From IMG/VR virus record IMGVR_UViG_3300045738_002140, positions 50,177 through 114,176 of that record: a DNA stretch of 64,000 nucleotides; one strand, written 5' to 3'. The first letter of the stretch is position 1. Each line of letters begins with the position of its first letter. A program made the translations under genes and the position numbers. This DNA is from a virus. The notes beneath the pieces are model-generated. The model saw only the letters and a list, made by a program, of their open reading frames with translations, ran no database searches and had not been told where the DNA came from. This document shows positions 1 to 9,734 of this stretch, piece by piece.

Positions 1-660
1 CTTTTCGCAGTGAAGCCTAAACCTGAGTCGATTTGCTTCGTGAAAGTTGTGGACCTCTTGACCGAACCTCCCGTAAAGTAATTGGCAGTGATTTGACCGA
101 CCATAGACATAGTAGTATTTGGCTGGGTGAGCAAGTGCCGGTATAGCTGGGTCATCAAATCGGTTGCTACGTATGCATTTTTGTTTCTCTTCTTCTTCAA
201 AAAATAAAACCTTAGACACTATACCCTGAAGCCCCCAATGTGGGTTTGGAAAGAAAAACATATGATCAAAATATTTTGCTAAATGAATTTTGCTGTTCAT
301 GTTGATTGCCCCTATATTGTTCGAGTCAAGTTCTTCAATTTGTTCCCTTAAGGACGCTGCCCATTCTATGTTTACTCTGTCTGGGGAGTCTGCCAGAACA
401 AACCAGTCTCCGTTGGACATGGTGCCCGCCCTCATGAATTCGTTCATCTGGAAGTCGTGGTCGTTCGTCCATTTTCTTCTTACTATTTTGCCTTGTTTTT
501 TTCTATCATTCAAAAGTTCGTAGGTTCCGTCTTTGGAGAAGCCGTCAGTAAATACTAAGCCATCGAAGTGTTCCATAACCTCTGGGTTAGTCATCTCTTC
601 TATATCCTTCAGCCTGTCTTGGGTTATCCCGCATAGCCATAGCCTTGGTTTGTTAATCAT
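1..660 (-). CDS. GT2-like glycosyltransferase, truncated by window edge (not in ORF track)
   Basis: Own translation MINKPRLWLCGITQDRLKDIEEM...GLVFTDGFSKDGTYELL...GDWFVLADSPD, open to position 1; D-x-x-S-x-D-G-T GT-A motif; start overlaps stop of upstream gene. Confidence 0.7.
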   Translation of the reverse strand, partial: MINKPRLWLCGITQDRLKDIEEMTNPEVMEHFDGLVFTDGFSKDGTYELLNDRKKQGKIVRRKWTNDHDFQMNEFMRAGTMSNGDWFVLADSPDRVNIEWAASLREQIEELDSNNIGAINMNSKIHLAKYFDHMFFFPNPHWGLQGIVSKVLFFEEEEKQKCIRSNRFDDPAIPALAHPAKYYYVYGRSNHCQLLYGRFGQEVHNFHEANRLRFRLHCEK

Positions 661-1414
661 AATTTAAATTTGGTTTTTGTTTGTTGTGTTTTTCGTAATA
701 GTTTTCGTTAAACTCTAGCTCGCTCGTGTCGTAGTTCCATAGATAGCTGCAGAAATCCTCTCCCCATCTGTATTTTTGGTATTCGCATTTCATTTTGCTT
801 GTTTCATTATTGAGCCAAGTCATGTGCCTTATGTGGGCTATGTGTCTGGGAATTTCTAGGTGCGACGTGACTTTATAATCTGAACCATCATTGTAAATAA
901 CATCGTCGTCATAATAAAGTCGATCAATCCCGCCATTGCACTTCATGTTAAATATCCTTGGTGGGCAAAAGCCGTCCACCCAAGTGTTGTCATTAAATAG
1001 GTAGTTCTTAAAGTTTATACTAAACCAAGTTATAAATTTATTGAATTCAACGAACTTTATTATTTGTTTAATTTGATCCACCGTGTAGATCTCATCTAGC
1101 CCCAGTAGCCACATGTAATCGACGTCTTGTTTTTTAAGGTAATCTAGGCATATACTCTTTGAGTCTGCTTCGTCTAGTGGCTTTCTCTCTATGTGTAAAA
1201 AATCAATAATTTTTTCGTCATTGAGTTCTTTGAGTATTGACTCGGTATCGTCTGAGGACTTAGGTGGAAAACCAAGCTCTTGGTTCTCTTTAAAGCATAC
1301 GTGTACGACGCTAATGGTCGTGTCTGATTCTTCTTTAAATTCGCCCCAAGGCCTAAGGGCTTCTTCTAAATACTCTGCGCAGTTATAAGCTGAAGATATT
1401 ATTCCTATTTTCAT
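653..1414 (-). CDS. GT2-family glycosyltransferase
   Basis: IISSAYNCAEYL N-terminus, SSDDT, WLLGLDE (degenerate DxD). Confidence 0.75.
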   Translation of the reverse strand: MKIGIISSAYNCAEYLEEALRPWGEFKEESDTTISVVHVCFKENQELGFPPKSSDDTESILKELNDEKIIDFLHIERKPLDEADSKSICLDYLKKQDVDYMWLLGLDEIYTVDQIKQIIKFVEFNKFITWFSINFKNYLFNDNTWVDGFCPPRIFNMKCNGGIDRLYYDDDVIYNDGSDYKVTSHLEIPRHIAHIRHMTWLNNETSKMKCEYQKYRWGEDFCSYLWNYDTSELEFNENYYEKHNKQKPNLNYD

Positions 1415-2604
1415 TATACTTGGTTTAAATAATCTGTTAGGTTTAGTATCTGGTCTTCTGACACTTGGCTGTGGAGTCCTACATATAATCCATTTTTGTG
1501 CAAATATTCTGCGTTCTTGAAGAGCTTGTAGTCTTCGTATTGCTTATAGCAGGTATGTCTTAGTATGTTGCCGCTAATTATTGGTCTGTATTCTATGTTT
1601 TTTTCTTTAAGATAATTTTTTATTAATTTTGATTTTCTTTTTTTGGATATAATTGGTAGACAAAACGGGACATTAACCCTATCGTTTACGTTGTCTGGCA
1701 ATAGGTATTTACTTACGTCTAGGTTGGACGAATAGGTATTGTATAATTGTAGCCTATCGTAAGCATAGTCGTATATTCTCTTGAAATCTAAAAGCCCCAT
1801 GAACGCCGCAATGTTTGTGCTTCTGTAGTTCCCACCGAGGGTATTAAAATCAAATGATGGATCGACTAGTTTGTTTGATAGGATTTTGGCATAGTCTTTA
1901 GACAAGTCGTATCTGTTGAGCTCTCTCGTAAGGCCATGACTCCTACCTAAAACATAAAAGACAAACTCCTCCTCGTCATTAGTGAAGATCATTCCTCCTT
2001 CTGATCCCGTGGTGGTCTGGTGGCCAAAGTATACGGAGGTGGAGGACGTCGGGCCAGAGCACACGTGTCTGTAGTCGTAGATATCTTCGTCGTAATATGA
2101 GCCAAAAGAGTTTTCGCAATTGTCTAGTTTTAATTGTACGCCGTACTTTTTGCATATGTTTTCGGCGCGAGGTATGTCTGGGGTAAGCCCTATAAGCGAA
2201 GTAAGGAAAACTGTATTTACTGAGTGGTTTTTAGCTTTAAGATAGTTTTCTAGTAGGTCTAGGTCAATAGAAAAATCTTTTAAATTTATATCAATAAATT
2301 TTGGTGTGAACCCATTGTTTATCCAAGGGCTAATAGAGGTTTGCCAAGTGACAGAGGGAAAAACTACTATTGGTTTTTTGGGATTAAGCCTCTTGGCGTA
2401 TTGAGCTATCAATTCGTTGGCCGTGGACCCGCTGCTGACCATGAGTGCGTATTTAGATTTAGTATATTCTTTCCATCCCTCTTCATACTTTAGGACGTAC
2501 TTGTCTTGAGTCCACCTGTTTGATGGGTTAAGAAAAAATTTACAAATTTTAAGTCTATCTGACCAAGTAAAATTAGAATCATTTAAATGCCAGTTAAACT
2601 TCAT
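1414..2604 (-). CDS. colD: PLP-dependent NDP-4-keto-6-deoxysugar 3-dehydratase, ColD-like (DegT/DnrJ family)
   Basis: MVSSGSTAN, DNCENSFG, SVYFGHQTTTGSEGG (His at the catalytic Lys position), RSHGLTREL; no E1-type Cys cluster. Confidence 0.7.
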   Translation of the reverse strand: MKFNWHLNDSNFTWSDRLKICKFFLNPSNRWTQDKYVLKYEEGWKEYTKSKYALMVSSGSTANELIAQYAKRLNPKKPIVVFPSVTWQTSISPWINNGFTPKFIDINLKDFSIDLDLLENYLKAKNHSVNTVFLTSLIGLTPDIPRAENICKKYGVQLKLDNCENSFGSYYDEDIYDYRHVCSGPTSSTSVYFGHQTTTGSEGGMIFTNDEEEFVFYVLGRSHGLTRELNRYDLSKDYAKILSNKLVDPSFDFNTLGGNYRSTNIAAFMGLLDFKRIYDYAYDRLQLYNTYSSNLDVSKYLLPDNVNDRVNVPFCLPIISKKRKSKLIKNYLKEKNIEYRPIISGNILRHTCYKQYEDYKLFKNAEYLHKNGLYVGLHSQVSEDQILNLTDYLNQV

Positions 2605-3484
2605 GACTCAGTATCCTTTCTGCCACGCGATTGGGAAGGTACCACTCTGCAACCTCCTTGGCTTTTTCCATGTCAACTCCATCATGATCAAAATTGAGAA
2701 CTTTTTCTTTGCAATCATCTGGATTTTGAGCCTCGTAAAGTGGCAAAATGTCTCCCCATATTTCTCTTTTAATCGGTATGTCTGCGCTTAGGCATGGTGT
2801 TCCCATCAGGGCCCCCTCTATGGGTTGCATACCTAGGCCTGTGTATATTTCTGAGGCGATTAATAGATGGGCGTGTTTAATTAGGGTGTTGACATTTGCC
2901 CTGTCTAGCCAACCAAAATTTTTTATTTTTATATCTGGAGCAACTGAGTTAAAAAGCTCTGGTGGGCAGGGTTCTCCAGAGACGAAGAGCTCAAAGTCTG
3001 TACCGTTTAAAGCCTGAACTACTGTCGATATGTTTTTTATGGGGTCCATCGGTCTACCAAAATAGTAAACATACGAGTGCCTTTCTCTTTCTTCGTAGTC
3101 GCGCTCACACGATAAGGCTGGTATCCCTACGTGTCTTGAGTCTAGGCCGGTGTACTCTTTTAACACTCGGCTGGTTTCTTTTGAGATGGTCATCAACGAA
3201 TCGCAATGTTCGTAGATTTTCTTTTCTTCGCTTAAAAGCTTTTCGTCGCAGATTCTAAATTCCCCATTGTGAACCCCATAGGACAAATCCAAAATTAAAC
3301 AATACAGGGGTTTTCCTGAGCTTATAGACTCTTCGTACGCAAGGTCTAGTTGAGATCTATCTATATTGAAAATGATGTCGTAGCCCCGTTTAACTATGGG
3401 GTGTCCGGATTTTCTCCACTCTTTCTCTAAGGACTCTAAGTATCCTCCCGGAGTTTTTTTGTATCCAAAAGTTTTTATTTTCAT
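2594..3484 (-). CDS. GT4-like (GT-B) glycosyltransferase
   Basis: YFGR..PIKNI, GLGMQPIEGALMGTPCLSADIP. Confidence 0.8.
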   Translation of the reverse strand: MKIKTFGYKKTPGGYLESLEKEWRKSGHPIVKRGYDIIFNIDRSQLDLAYEESISSGKPLYCLILDLSYGVHNGEFRICDEKLLSEEKKIYEHCDSLMTISKETSRVLKEYTGLDSRHVGIPALSCERDYEERERHSYVYYFGRPMDPIKNISTVVQALNGTDFELFVSGEPCPPELFNSVAPDIKIKNFGWLDRANVNTLIKHAHLLIASEIYTGLGMQPIEGALMGTPCLSADIPIKREIWGDILPLYEAQNPDDCKEKVLNFDHDGVDMEKAKEVAEWYLPNRVAERILSHEV

Positions 3485-4578
3485 AGGCTATTAATCAGGC
3501 ATTCAGAAACATAATCTATTTGGTTATTGGTTATTTCTGGGTAAATGGGTAGGCTTATTTCTCTTCGAGCTTGCCTTTCTGACTCTGGAAAGTCTCCCTT
3601 TTTGTGATTTAAATTTTTATAAGCTTTTTGGAGATGTATGGGTATGGGGTAATGTATTCCTGTTTGGACCCCCTTATCAAGCATTTTCTTGGCTACCTTG
3701 TCCCTGTGCGAAATAAAGACTGGAAAAAGGTGATACACGCACTTGTTGTCGGGGTTGATCTTGAGAAGCTGGATCTTCTTGTGTCCAGATAGGTTCTTTG
3801 TATATCTTTTTGCTGCTCTTATCCTTTTGTCTGTCCATTCGTTTATGTATTTTAGCTTTATGTTTAGCGCTGCCGCTTCTATTTCGCTCATTCTATAATT
3901 ATTGCCCACTATCTCATGTTTATATTTTTCGCTTTGCCCATGGTTAATAAAGGCTTTCATATACTCGAAAGCTACTTTCGAATTCGTAACTGCAGCGCCC
4001 CCTTCTCCGCATGTGCCTAGATTTTTACCGGGATAAAAGCTGAAGCACGTTATCAATGAGAACCAAGAAATTGGTGTGTCAAGTATTTCGGCTCCGTGCG
4101 CTTGAGCTGCGTCATGGACTAAGAACTTCCCGCTCAGTTGGCAAAGCCTTGCGTATTCTACTAGGTTGCATGGATTGCCGTAAAGGCTGACGGGCATCAC
4201 TATTTTTGTCTTGCCGTCTTCTATCGCTGTTTCTGCTTTAGCTGCGTCCATTCCACCCGTCTTGTCGACGTCTATAAATTTGTGCCTAAGCTTGGGCATA
4301 TAGGACACCGCTTCGCTTGTCGCTATAAAACTATTTGGGGGAGTAACAACGTCCCCCTCTACTTTGAAACATGCTAACGCCGCATGTAACGCCGCGGTCC
4401 CGCTGCTCGTGGCGACGCAATACTTAACGTCACAATACTCTGAGAAATCTTCTTCGAATTTTTTGACCCTATCCCCAGCGGCGTAGCTGCCTGAGTCTAC
4501 AATGCTGGAGACCTCTTCCATGAATTCTTTTTTAAATAGCTTGTTCTGTTTGGGCAGATCTAAGAATTTAACATTCAT
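3481..4578 (-). CDS. DegT/DnrJ/EryC1/StrS sugar aminotransferase (WbpE/FdtB-like)
   Basis: SSGTAAL, DAAQAHGA, FSFYPGKNLGTCGEGG, HYPIPIHLQ; alternative start 4587. Confidence 0.92.
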   Translation of the reverse strand: MNVKFLDLPKQNKLFKKEFMEEVSSIVDSGSYAAGDRVKKFEEDFSEYCDVKYCVATSSGTAALHAALACFKVEGDVVTPPNSFIATSEAVSYMPKLRHKFIDVDKTGGMDAAKAETAIEDGKTKIVMPVSLYGNPCNLVEYARLCQLSGKFLVHDAAQAHGAEILDTPISWFSLITCFSFYPGKNLGTCGEGGAAVTNSKVAFEYMKAFINHGQSEKYKHEIVGNNYRMSEIEAAALNIKLKYINEWTDKRIRAAKRYTKNLSGHKKIQLLKINPDNKCVYHLFPVFISHRDKVAKKMLDKGVQTGIHYPIPIHLQKAYKNLNHKKGDFPESERQARREISLPIYPEITNNQIDYVSECLINSL

Positions 4579-5446
4579 TTTCTTCATATCTTTTGAGTCC
4601 GTCTTCTAGCCTAATCGATTCTTCTCCGAGCAATTTATTCATCTTGCTCGTATCAAAAACGAGGTCTGTTTGTTTATAATGGGGTTTGGTGTACTGTATT
4701 TCTAGGTCTTTTTTGTATATTTTAATTATTTTTTTTAAGATTTCTTTTATGGTAAGTGATCTTGATGAGCAAATGTTTATGGGGCCCTCATATTTTGTGA
4801 GGGGTAGGCTTTTGAGTATGAGGCTGCATACATCATCTACGTGAATCAGGCTTCTTTTGCTAAGCCCGTTTCCTGTTACTTGAGGGCTCTTGTTTTCTTT
4901 TATTCTTCTTATGGTTTCTGGTATTATTTTTTTATATGACTCGTCCCCCTTCCCGTATACGTGACCTATTCTTAGTATTTGTAATGTAACGTCGTTTTCT
5001 TTTGCCCAAGCTTCAAGCATTTTTTCGCAGTACAATTTTGACCAGCCATATAAAGACGCTGGGGTTGTCTCTGTGTCCTCGTTAATGCGAGAGGTGTTTG
5101 TCCCTCTGTAAACATCGAGGGTGCTTGCAAATATTATTTTTTGGGGCTTATGTGGTAGTCTGTCTAGAAGGTATTGTGTATTTGTAATATTACTATTTGA
5201 CTCCCTAGCTAAGTCAACCTCGTCTGGGGACTTTGGGGTGAATGCTCCAATGTGGAGGAGAGCGTATATATCTTCCCATGTTTTTTCGTAAGGCTTGGGG
5301 CAGCTTAGGCATGGCAATAGGTTATATTTTTTGTTTTTTGTTTTTATCGGGATCACTCTATACTCTCTGGGGAATTTTTGAGAGATGAGCTCTGTTAGTC
5401 TTTTGCCTATGAAGCCACCCGTCCCTGTCACTAGGAGCTTTTTCAT
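4568..5446 (-). CDS. NAD-dependent epimerase/dehydratase (extended SDR)
   Basis: VTGTGGFIG, YGWSK (YxxxK), LRIGHVYG. Confidence 0.9.
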   Translation of the reverse strand: MKKLLVTGTGGFIGKRLTELISQKFPREYRVIPIKTKNKKYNLLPCLSCPKPYEKTWEDIYALLHIGAFTPKSPDEVDLARESNSNITNTQYLLDRLPHKPQKIIFASTLDVYRGTNTSRINEDTETTPASLYGWSKLYCEKMLEAWAKENDVTLQILRIGHVYGKGDESYKKIIPETIRRIKENKSPQVTGNGLSKRSLIHVDDVCSLILKSLPLTKYEGPINICSSRSLTIKEILKKIIKIYKKDLEIQYTKPHYKQTDLVFDTSKMNKLLGEESIRLEDGLKRYEENEC

Positions 5447-6507
5447 GGCTCAAGCATCTCTTCTTGTATCTCTTTTTCTGTGGTTAGCATGGGGCATGTG
5501 TCCATGTTTCTTAGCCATAGGAGCCCGTCTTCTAGCGGGTTTATCTTTTTGTCTAGCGTGGGGAACCTATTGTATAGCGCTATGTCTTTAAATATTTTAG
5601 GCATATTAAGTCCAGCTCGAGTAAAAAAGAGAGACGTTGTAAAGAATCTTGAAATATTTATCTCTGTTGGGTTGGGGGCTCCTTCGCTGTCGTAGGTCAT
5701 GTCAACTCCATAAATTCCATGAGGTTTTTCGTCTATGGATAAGATGGAGTCTTGGGCCACAGTGTCTACACTCTCTGAGGAAAACGTTTCCCCAACCTTT
5801 GTAACTCCGGTTACTCCGGATAATGTTCGGTTGCCTAGGTTCCAAGACCTTCTTTTTCTGGTTTGAGCAACAACTAAGTCTCCTTCATACCAAATAGACA
5901 ACCAAGTAACGCTATTTTTTGTGAGTAGTTCTGCTGCTGTAAACTCACCCCATCCGCTAAATTTACTTATCCACTTCTCTGCAAAATCATAGTCTCCGGT
6001 TGGGAGCGCCCCCCTGCCTCCGCCCCCCACGTTGGCTCTTAACCAAATTTTACCATCATTGTTTCCTAGGGTTTCAAAGGCTTTCTTGAGGTCTTTTGTG
6101 TTCTTAACGGTGATGGTTTTAGGGATTTTTATTCCTGACTTTTCCCATATGGTTGCAGACTTTCCTTTGTCTACGCAGTTCTCTATTACGTCGTGCGGGG
6201 GCATGAAAACCTTAGTTCCCGTATCGGTTATGCTGTACCTGAGTTTCGAGGCTTCTAATATTTCTATGTCGTTTTGGAAGTGGATTAGTTCTGGCTTCTC
6301 TCTGTTTAAAAGTTTTATTAATGACTTTTTGTATCCTTTTTCTGTGGCGCACGGGACTATGTATTTTCTGGCGGCAGCAGAAAGCATAAGGTCGCTTGAG
6401 TCGCAGTTCATTCCTATTATTTCTTCTTCGTGCCCTCCTGCAAAAAGGCACTCTATCACGTTCTCGGAGGGGGTGCCTCCGGCTCCGGCTATTAGTATTT
6501 TAGACAT
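5443..6507 (-). CDS. ATP-grasp ligase (carbamoyl-phosphate-synthase-like)
   Basis: ILIAGAGG, CVDKGKS, GGGGRGA, GVDM, TEINISRF. Confidence 0.8.
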   Translation of the reverse strand: MSKILIAGAGGTPSENVIECLFAGGHEEEIIGMNCDSSDLMLSAAARKYIVPCATEKGYKKSLIKLLNREKPELIHFQNDIEILEASKLRYSITDTGTKVFMPPHDVIENCVDKGKSATIWEKSGIKIPKTITVKNTKDLKKAFETLGNNDGKIWLRANVGGGGRGALPTGDYDFAEKWISKFSGWGEFTAAELLTKNSVTWLSIWYEGDLVVAQTRKRRSWNLGNRTLSGVTGVTKVGETFSSESVDTVAQDSILSIDEKPHGIYGVDMTYDSEGAPNPTEINISRFFTTSLFFTRAGLNMPKIFKDIALYNRFPTLDKKINPLEDGLLWLRNMDTCPMLTTEKEIQEEMLEP

Positions 6508-7477
6508 CGATTGGTTGCCCTTTAAGTTCTATGGATTTGTTGGTTGCCTCAATGAGTTCTACAACCCTTTTGCCAAGTTCGGGCCCTGAAATACACTCTC
6601 CTCCCTGTATACATTGACAGAAGTGTTTTATTTCTTCCTCTATGGCTTCTGAGTTGTCGAGCTTGGGGGAAAACATGTCTCCTGATCTGTAAGAGAAGAC
6701 ATTTTCGTCATAGCTTACCCCCTTGTCGTAGACCATAATTTTTTCTGAGGGTTTGTTATCGTCGTAAACCGCCATCTTCTCATCGCCGTTAAGTATTATT
6801 TGCCTCACCTTAATGGGAGAAAACCAGCTGATGTGAATATGTGCAGAAAAGCCATCTTCGTAGGTTACGGATATGTTCGCCACGTCCGCATTTCCTTTCG
6901 GGGTGTGGGAAGCGCCGACAGCGGAGATTGTTTTTGGTTTTTTTTCTCCGACAAGATAGCTTAGTATAGAAAAATCGTGAGGGGCCAGATCCCAAACCAC
7001 GTTAGAGTCTCTTTGGAATAATCCTAGATTAATTCTCACTGAATCGAAATGTTTAATCTCCCCCAAGGAACCATTTATTATTAGATTCTTTAGCTCTCTA
7101 ACAGACGAGGTAAACAGGAATGTGTGTGCGACCATGAGCGCTAAGCCTTTCGCTTTGGCTATATTTTCTAGCACGCTGCATTCCTCGGAGCTCATGGCCA
7201 TGGGTTTCTGTATTAGCACGCTCACCCCGCTCTCTAGTACGTGCTTTGCGATTTTAAAATGGGTAGATATTGGCGTAGCTATTATTACTCCGTCTACATT
7301 TGAGTGTCTGCCTAGGGCAAGCTCTGCGTCGTCAAAGAACGCTGTGGCTGCTGGGATTTTTTTAAAAACCTCAACGTCTTTATCTACGATGAACTCTAAG
7401 TCAACGCCGTCAATTTTCTGGATATTGCGAACAATGTTTGGGCCCCAGTAGCCGCATCCTATGAGTCCTAGTTTCAT
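6500..7477 (-). CDS. Gfo/Idh/MocA oxidoreductase (WlbA/WbpB-like sugar 3-dehydrogenase)
   Basis: Start reassigned to MKLGLIGCGYWG (ATGA overlap at 7474-7477); IATP..H, QKPMA, WDLAPHD. Confidence 0.9.
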   Translation of the reverse strand: MKLGLIGCGYWGPNIVRNIQKIDGVDLEFIVDKDVEVFKKIPAATAFFDDAELALGRHSNVDGVIIATPISTHFKIAKHVLESGVSVLIQKPMAMSSEECSVLENIAKAKGLALMVAHTFLFTSSVRELKNLIINGSLGEIKHFDSVRINLGLFQRDSNVVWDLAPHDFSILSYLVGEKKPKTISAVGASHTPKGNADVANISVTYEDGFSAHIHISWFSPIKVRQIILNGDEKMAVYDDNKPSEKIMVYDKGVSYDENVFSYRSGDMFSPKLDNSEAIEEEIKHFCQCIQGGECISGPELGKRVVELIEATNKSIELKGQPIDV

Positions 7478-8331
7478 TTTATTATTTGTTTTAGTTTTTC
7501 TTCGCCTATGTTCATGATTGATTTTCCTTCGTCCGTGAAGGCGGGGGGCGGCACTTTTCCGAACACTTCGTTTGTGTCTCCGTGATCCATGGAAAGGTGC
7601 ATCCTTTGTATCGTCACGCACTGAAAGTGGTGGGCGTAAGAGCGACAATATACACCTGTGGTGAGGCCGAGTTTGCGGCAGTTGTTATACCAATCATAGT
7701 CCTCCCCTCCAGAGAGACCCACGTCTGTTCTGTATCGGGGGATCTTTTTCAGGGCTTCCTTTTTGATGTGATAGCACCCTGTCCAGAGTTGGCCTACGTG
7801 CGACACCGTTGGGAGCGTTAGTATGTGTTTGTCTAAAAATGCCTGCTCTCCTTCCGGGTAGATTATTTTAAGGAATTTTAATATCTTGGCCTTGGACTCT
7901 GGGTGATCTAAGTATTTAGGCTTTAGTTTGTTATGTTGGGCTTTGTTGGCGTCGTTCCAGAACGGAACGTCGCCTTCTATGTGCAGTCCGAATGGGGTCC
8001 ATGGGCTAGCGATATCTACTGGCCCGCCCTCAAGGAAGGGCGTTGACCACCCGGGAAACATGTAGTGGTCATTTGATATATACATTACATCTTGGCCTAG
8101 TCGCTCGCCCACATCCATAAGGTAGTTCACTGCATTTGATGAGCCATAATTATTGTCCAGCTTAAGAAGCGCGGTGTTGCTTGAGTCTATGTCCGTCTCG
8201 TCCAACCTGTCTTCGGACAGATTGTCCCACACAACCAAGTTGATTTCTTCTGGGGGTGTGTTCTTGTATATGGAGTCAATGCAAACCCTTGTGAACTCCG
8301 CGTGTCCGTATGTCAGTACTAATTGTATCAT
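7474..8331 (-). CDS. GT2-family glycosyltransferase
   Basis: LTYGHAEFTRVCIDSI, VWDNLSED, NYGSSNAVN, GGEDYD. Confidence 0.8.
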   Translation of the reverse strand: MIQLVLTYGHAEFTRVCIDSIYKNTPPEEINLVVWDNLSEDRLDETDIDSSNTALLKLDNNYGSSNAVNYLMDVGERLGQDVMYISNDHYMFPGWSTPFLEGGPVDIASPWTPFGLHIEGDVPFWNDANKAQHNKLKPKYLDHPESKAKILKFLKIIYPEGEQAFLDKHILTLPTVSHVGQLWTGCYHIKKEALKKIPRYRTDVGLSGGEDYDWYNNCRKLGLTTGVYCRSYAHHFQCVTIQRMHLSMDHGDTNEVFGKVPPPAFTDEGKSIMNIGEEKLKQIIK

Positions 8332-8334
8332 ACA

Positions 8335-9144
8335 CTATTCATTCCATAGCCTTAGGTTGTGTTTGTAAACGGTATGTGTGGGCATATCTTCTTCTTTCGT
8401 CGGTATGTCATTTGTTTTTCCTGACTCTATTTCCCAGTGGCTTTTCCAGAAGTTTTTGTTTCTTAACGCTCTGTCTGAAAAGTTTGCATACCCTAAATGA
8501 AATACAAAAAGGCCTTCGTTTTCTATAAAATTTAAATATTCTTGCATAGAGTTTTTGCAGGAGTCTTTTGTTATGTGCGCTGACGAGCAAAGGCTTCCGT
8601 CTTTTTTTATTAATTCGCACGTGTCGCTTTTGGCTGTATCTACTTTTCCGTTGGGGAGCCTGCCGAAATCTACGGCCCCTCTATGTAGCCCGCCTTTGTG
8701 AAGGTACCATTTAAAATTCAAATTCATTTCATCATCCCACCTTATAGAATATGTGTCCCCCCAAAGGTTTAAGCTGGGGACTAGATAAGAATCAAAGTTG
8801 GAAAACCTCATCCTGTAGGCGAACGTCTCCCACCTTTCTCTGTGCCTTATGGGGATTCGTTCGTCAAGATCTAAGTTAATTTTGAATTCTTGAGTTGTCG
8901 CTTGAAGTGCGGCGTTTTTTATTTTTCCGTCTAGAAGTGGGTCTTCATAGCTGAATTCGGTTTCTATTATCTTTAGGTTTCTTCTGTCTCTGGCTTCGTC
9001 CTTCAGTTTGCTGAGCGTGTCGTCTTCGCTCTCGTTGACAGCTATGACCACCTCGTTAGCAAAGAAACAAAAATTTTCTAAGGCTTTTCTGTAATCAAAA
9101 TTATTCTTAATTAAGTTAAATGCAGAACTGTAAATAGATAGCAT
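8335..9144 (-). CDS. GT2-like glycosyltransferase
   Basis: EVVIAVNESEDDT, KNAAL, LDLDE, FHLGY. Confidence 0.78.
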   Translation of the reverse strand: MLSIYSSAFNLIKNNFDYRKALENFCFFANEVVIAVNESEDDTLSKLKDEARDRRNLKIIETEFSYEDPLLDGKIKNAALQATTQEFKINLDLDERIPIRHRERWETFAYRMRFSNFDSYLVPSLNLWGDTYSIRWDDEMNLNFKWYLHKGGLHRGAVDFGRLPNGKVDTAKSDTCELIKKDGSLCSSAHITKDSCKNSMQEYLNFIENEGLFVFHLGYANFSDRALRNKNFWKSHWEIESGKTNDIPTKEEDMPTHTVYKHNLRLWNE

Positions 9145-9149
9145 ACCAT

Positions 9150-9177
9150 ATTATAAACTAATATGGCAAAAAGGCAA
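9150..9177 (-). promoter_or_regulatory. sigma70-type promoter for the glycan operon, leaderless
   Basis: TTGCCT-16-TATAAT, ATG 5 nt after -10. Confidence 0.65.
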
Positions 9178-9183
9178 TTTTTT

Positions 9184-9468
9184 TTACTTTTTGAGGTTAT
9201 CTATTTTCTCTTCTAGCCTGTCGAATCTGTCGTTCATCCTTTCGGCGAAGACTCTGAAGTCGTCTTTGTTGACGTATTTATCTGGAAGTGAGAGAGCGAG
9301 ATCCGTAACCTTGCCAGTGAGCTCCCTGTAGTCTTCTGTTTGTTTGACAAATAATGACTGGTGTTCGTCTTTCATTTCCTTAAGCTGTGTGAGGACTAGT
9401 CTAAAGACCCAGCCAGCTATAATGGCGAAAACACCAGTGATTATATCAATAAGGTTTGCAATCTCCAT
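9184..9468 (-). CDS. single-TM coiled-coil protein (holin/XhlA-like possible)
   Basis: N-terminal TM IITGVFAIIAGWVF then coiled coil RFDRLEEKID; start set at MEIANL. Confidence 0.55.
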   Translation of the reverse strand: MEIANLIDIITGVFAIIAGWVFRLVLTQLKEMKDEHQSLFVKQTEDYRELTGKVTDLALSLPDKYVNKDDFRVFAERMNDRFDRLEEKIDNLKK

Positions 9469-9479
9469 AACAATAGTAA

Positions 9480-9485
9480 TTACAC
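9480..9485 (-). promoter_or_regulatory. GTGTAA putative phage promoter element
   Basis: 11 nt upstream of ATG 9468, just after a terminator. Confidence 0.5.
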
Positions 9486-9487
9486 CC

Positions 9488-9519
9488 AAAAAAGAAAAGC
9501 CCCATAAAAAATGGGGCTT
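9488..9519 (-). terminator. intrinsic terminator
   Basis: AAGCCCCAT/ATGGGGCTT stem followed by U-rich tract on minus strand. Confidence 0.75.
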
Positions 9520-9541
9520 GGCGTAAGGTTTTTTATGTTGT

Positions 9542-9727
9542 TTACTTGTCGACCTTTACGCCAGCGCTAACAAGGGGCACCGTTAGGTTAACGTGGTTCC
9601 ACCCTAACGATCCGCTTAGGCAGCTGTTTTTGTTAGCTTTTGGGCCAACGGTTACTGTGCTTGTGCAACCTGCCGCTGTACCTAAGAGAGCGACGGTAAC
9701 AATGATGTATTTAAGTGTTTTCTTCAT
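9542..9727 (-). CDS. small lipoprotein
   Basis: MKKTLKYIIVTVALLGTAAG-C lipobox. Confidence 0.7.
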   Translation of the reverse strand: MKKTLKYIIVTVALLGTAAGCTSTVTVGPKANKNSCLSGSLGWNHVNLTVPLVSAGVKVDK

Positions 9728-9734
9728 TGAAATA

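Noticed and set aside
7478-7648. Arg-rich N-terminal extension of the oxidoreductase in the ORF track
   Set aside because: It overlaps the upstream GT; the true start is the ATGA-coupled Met at 7477
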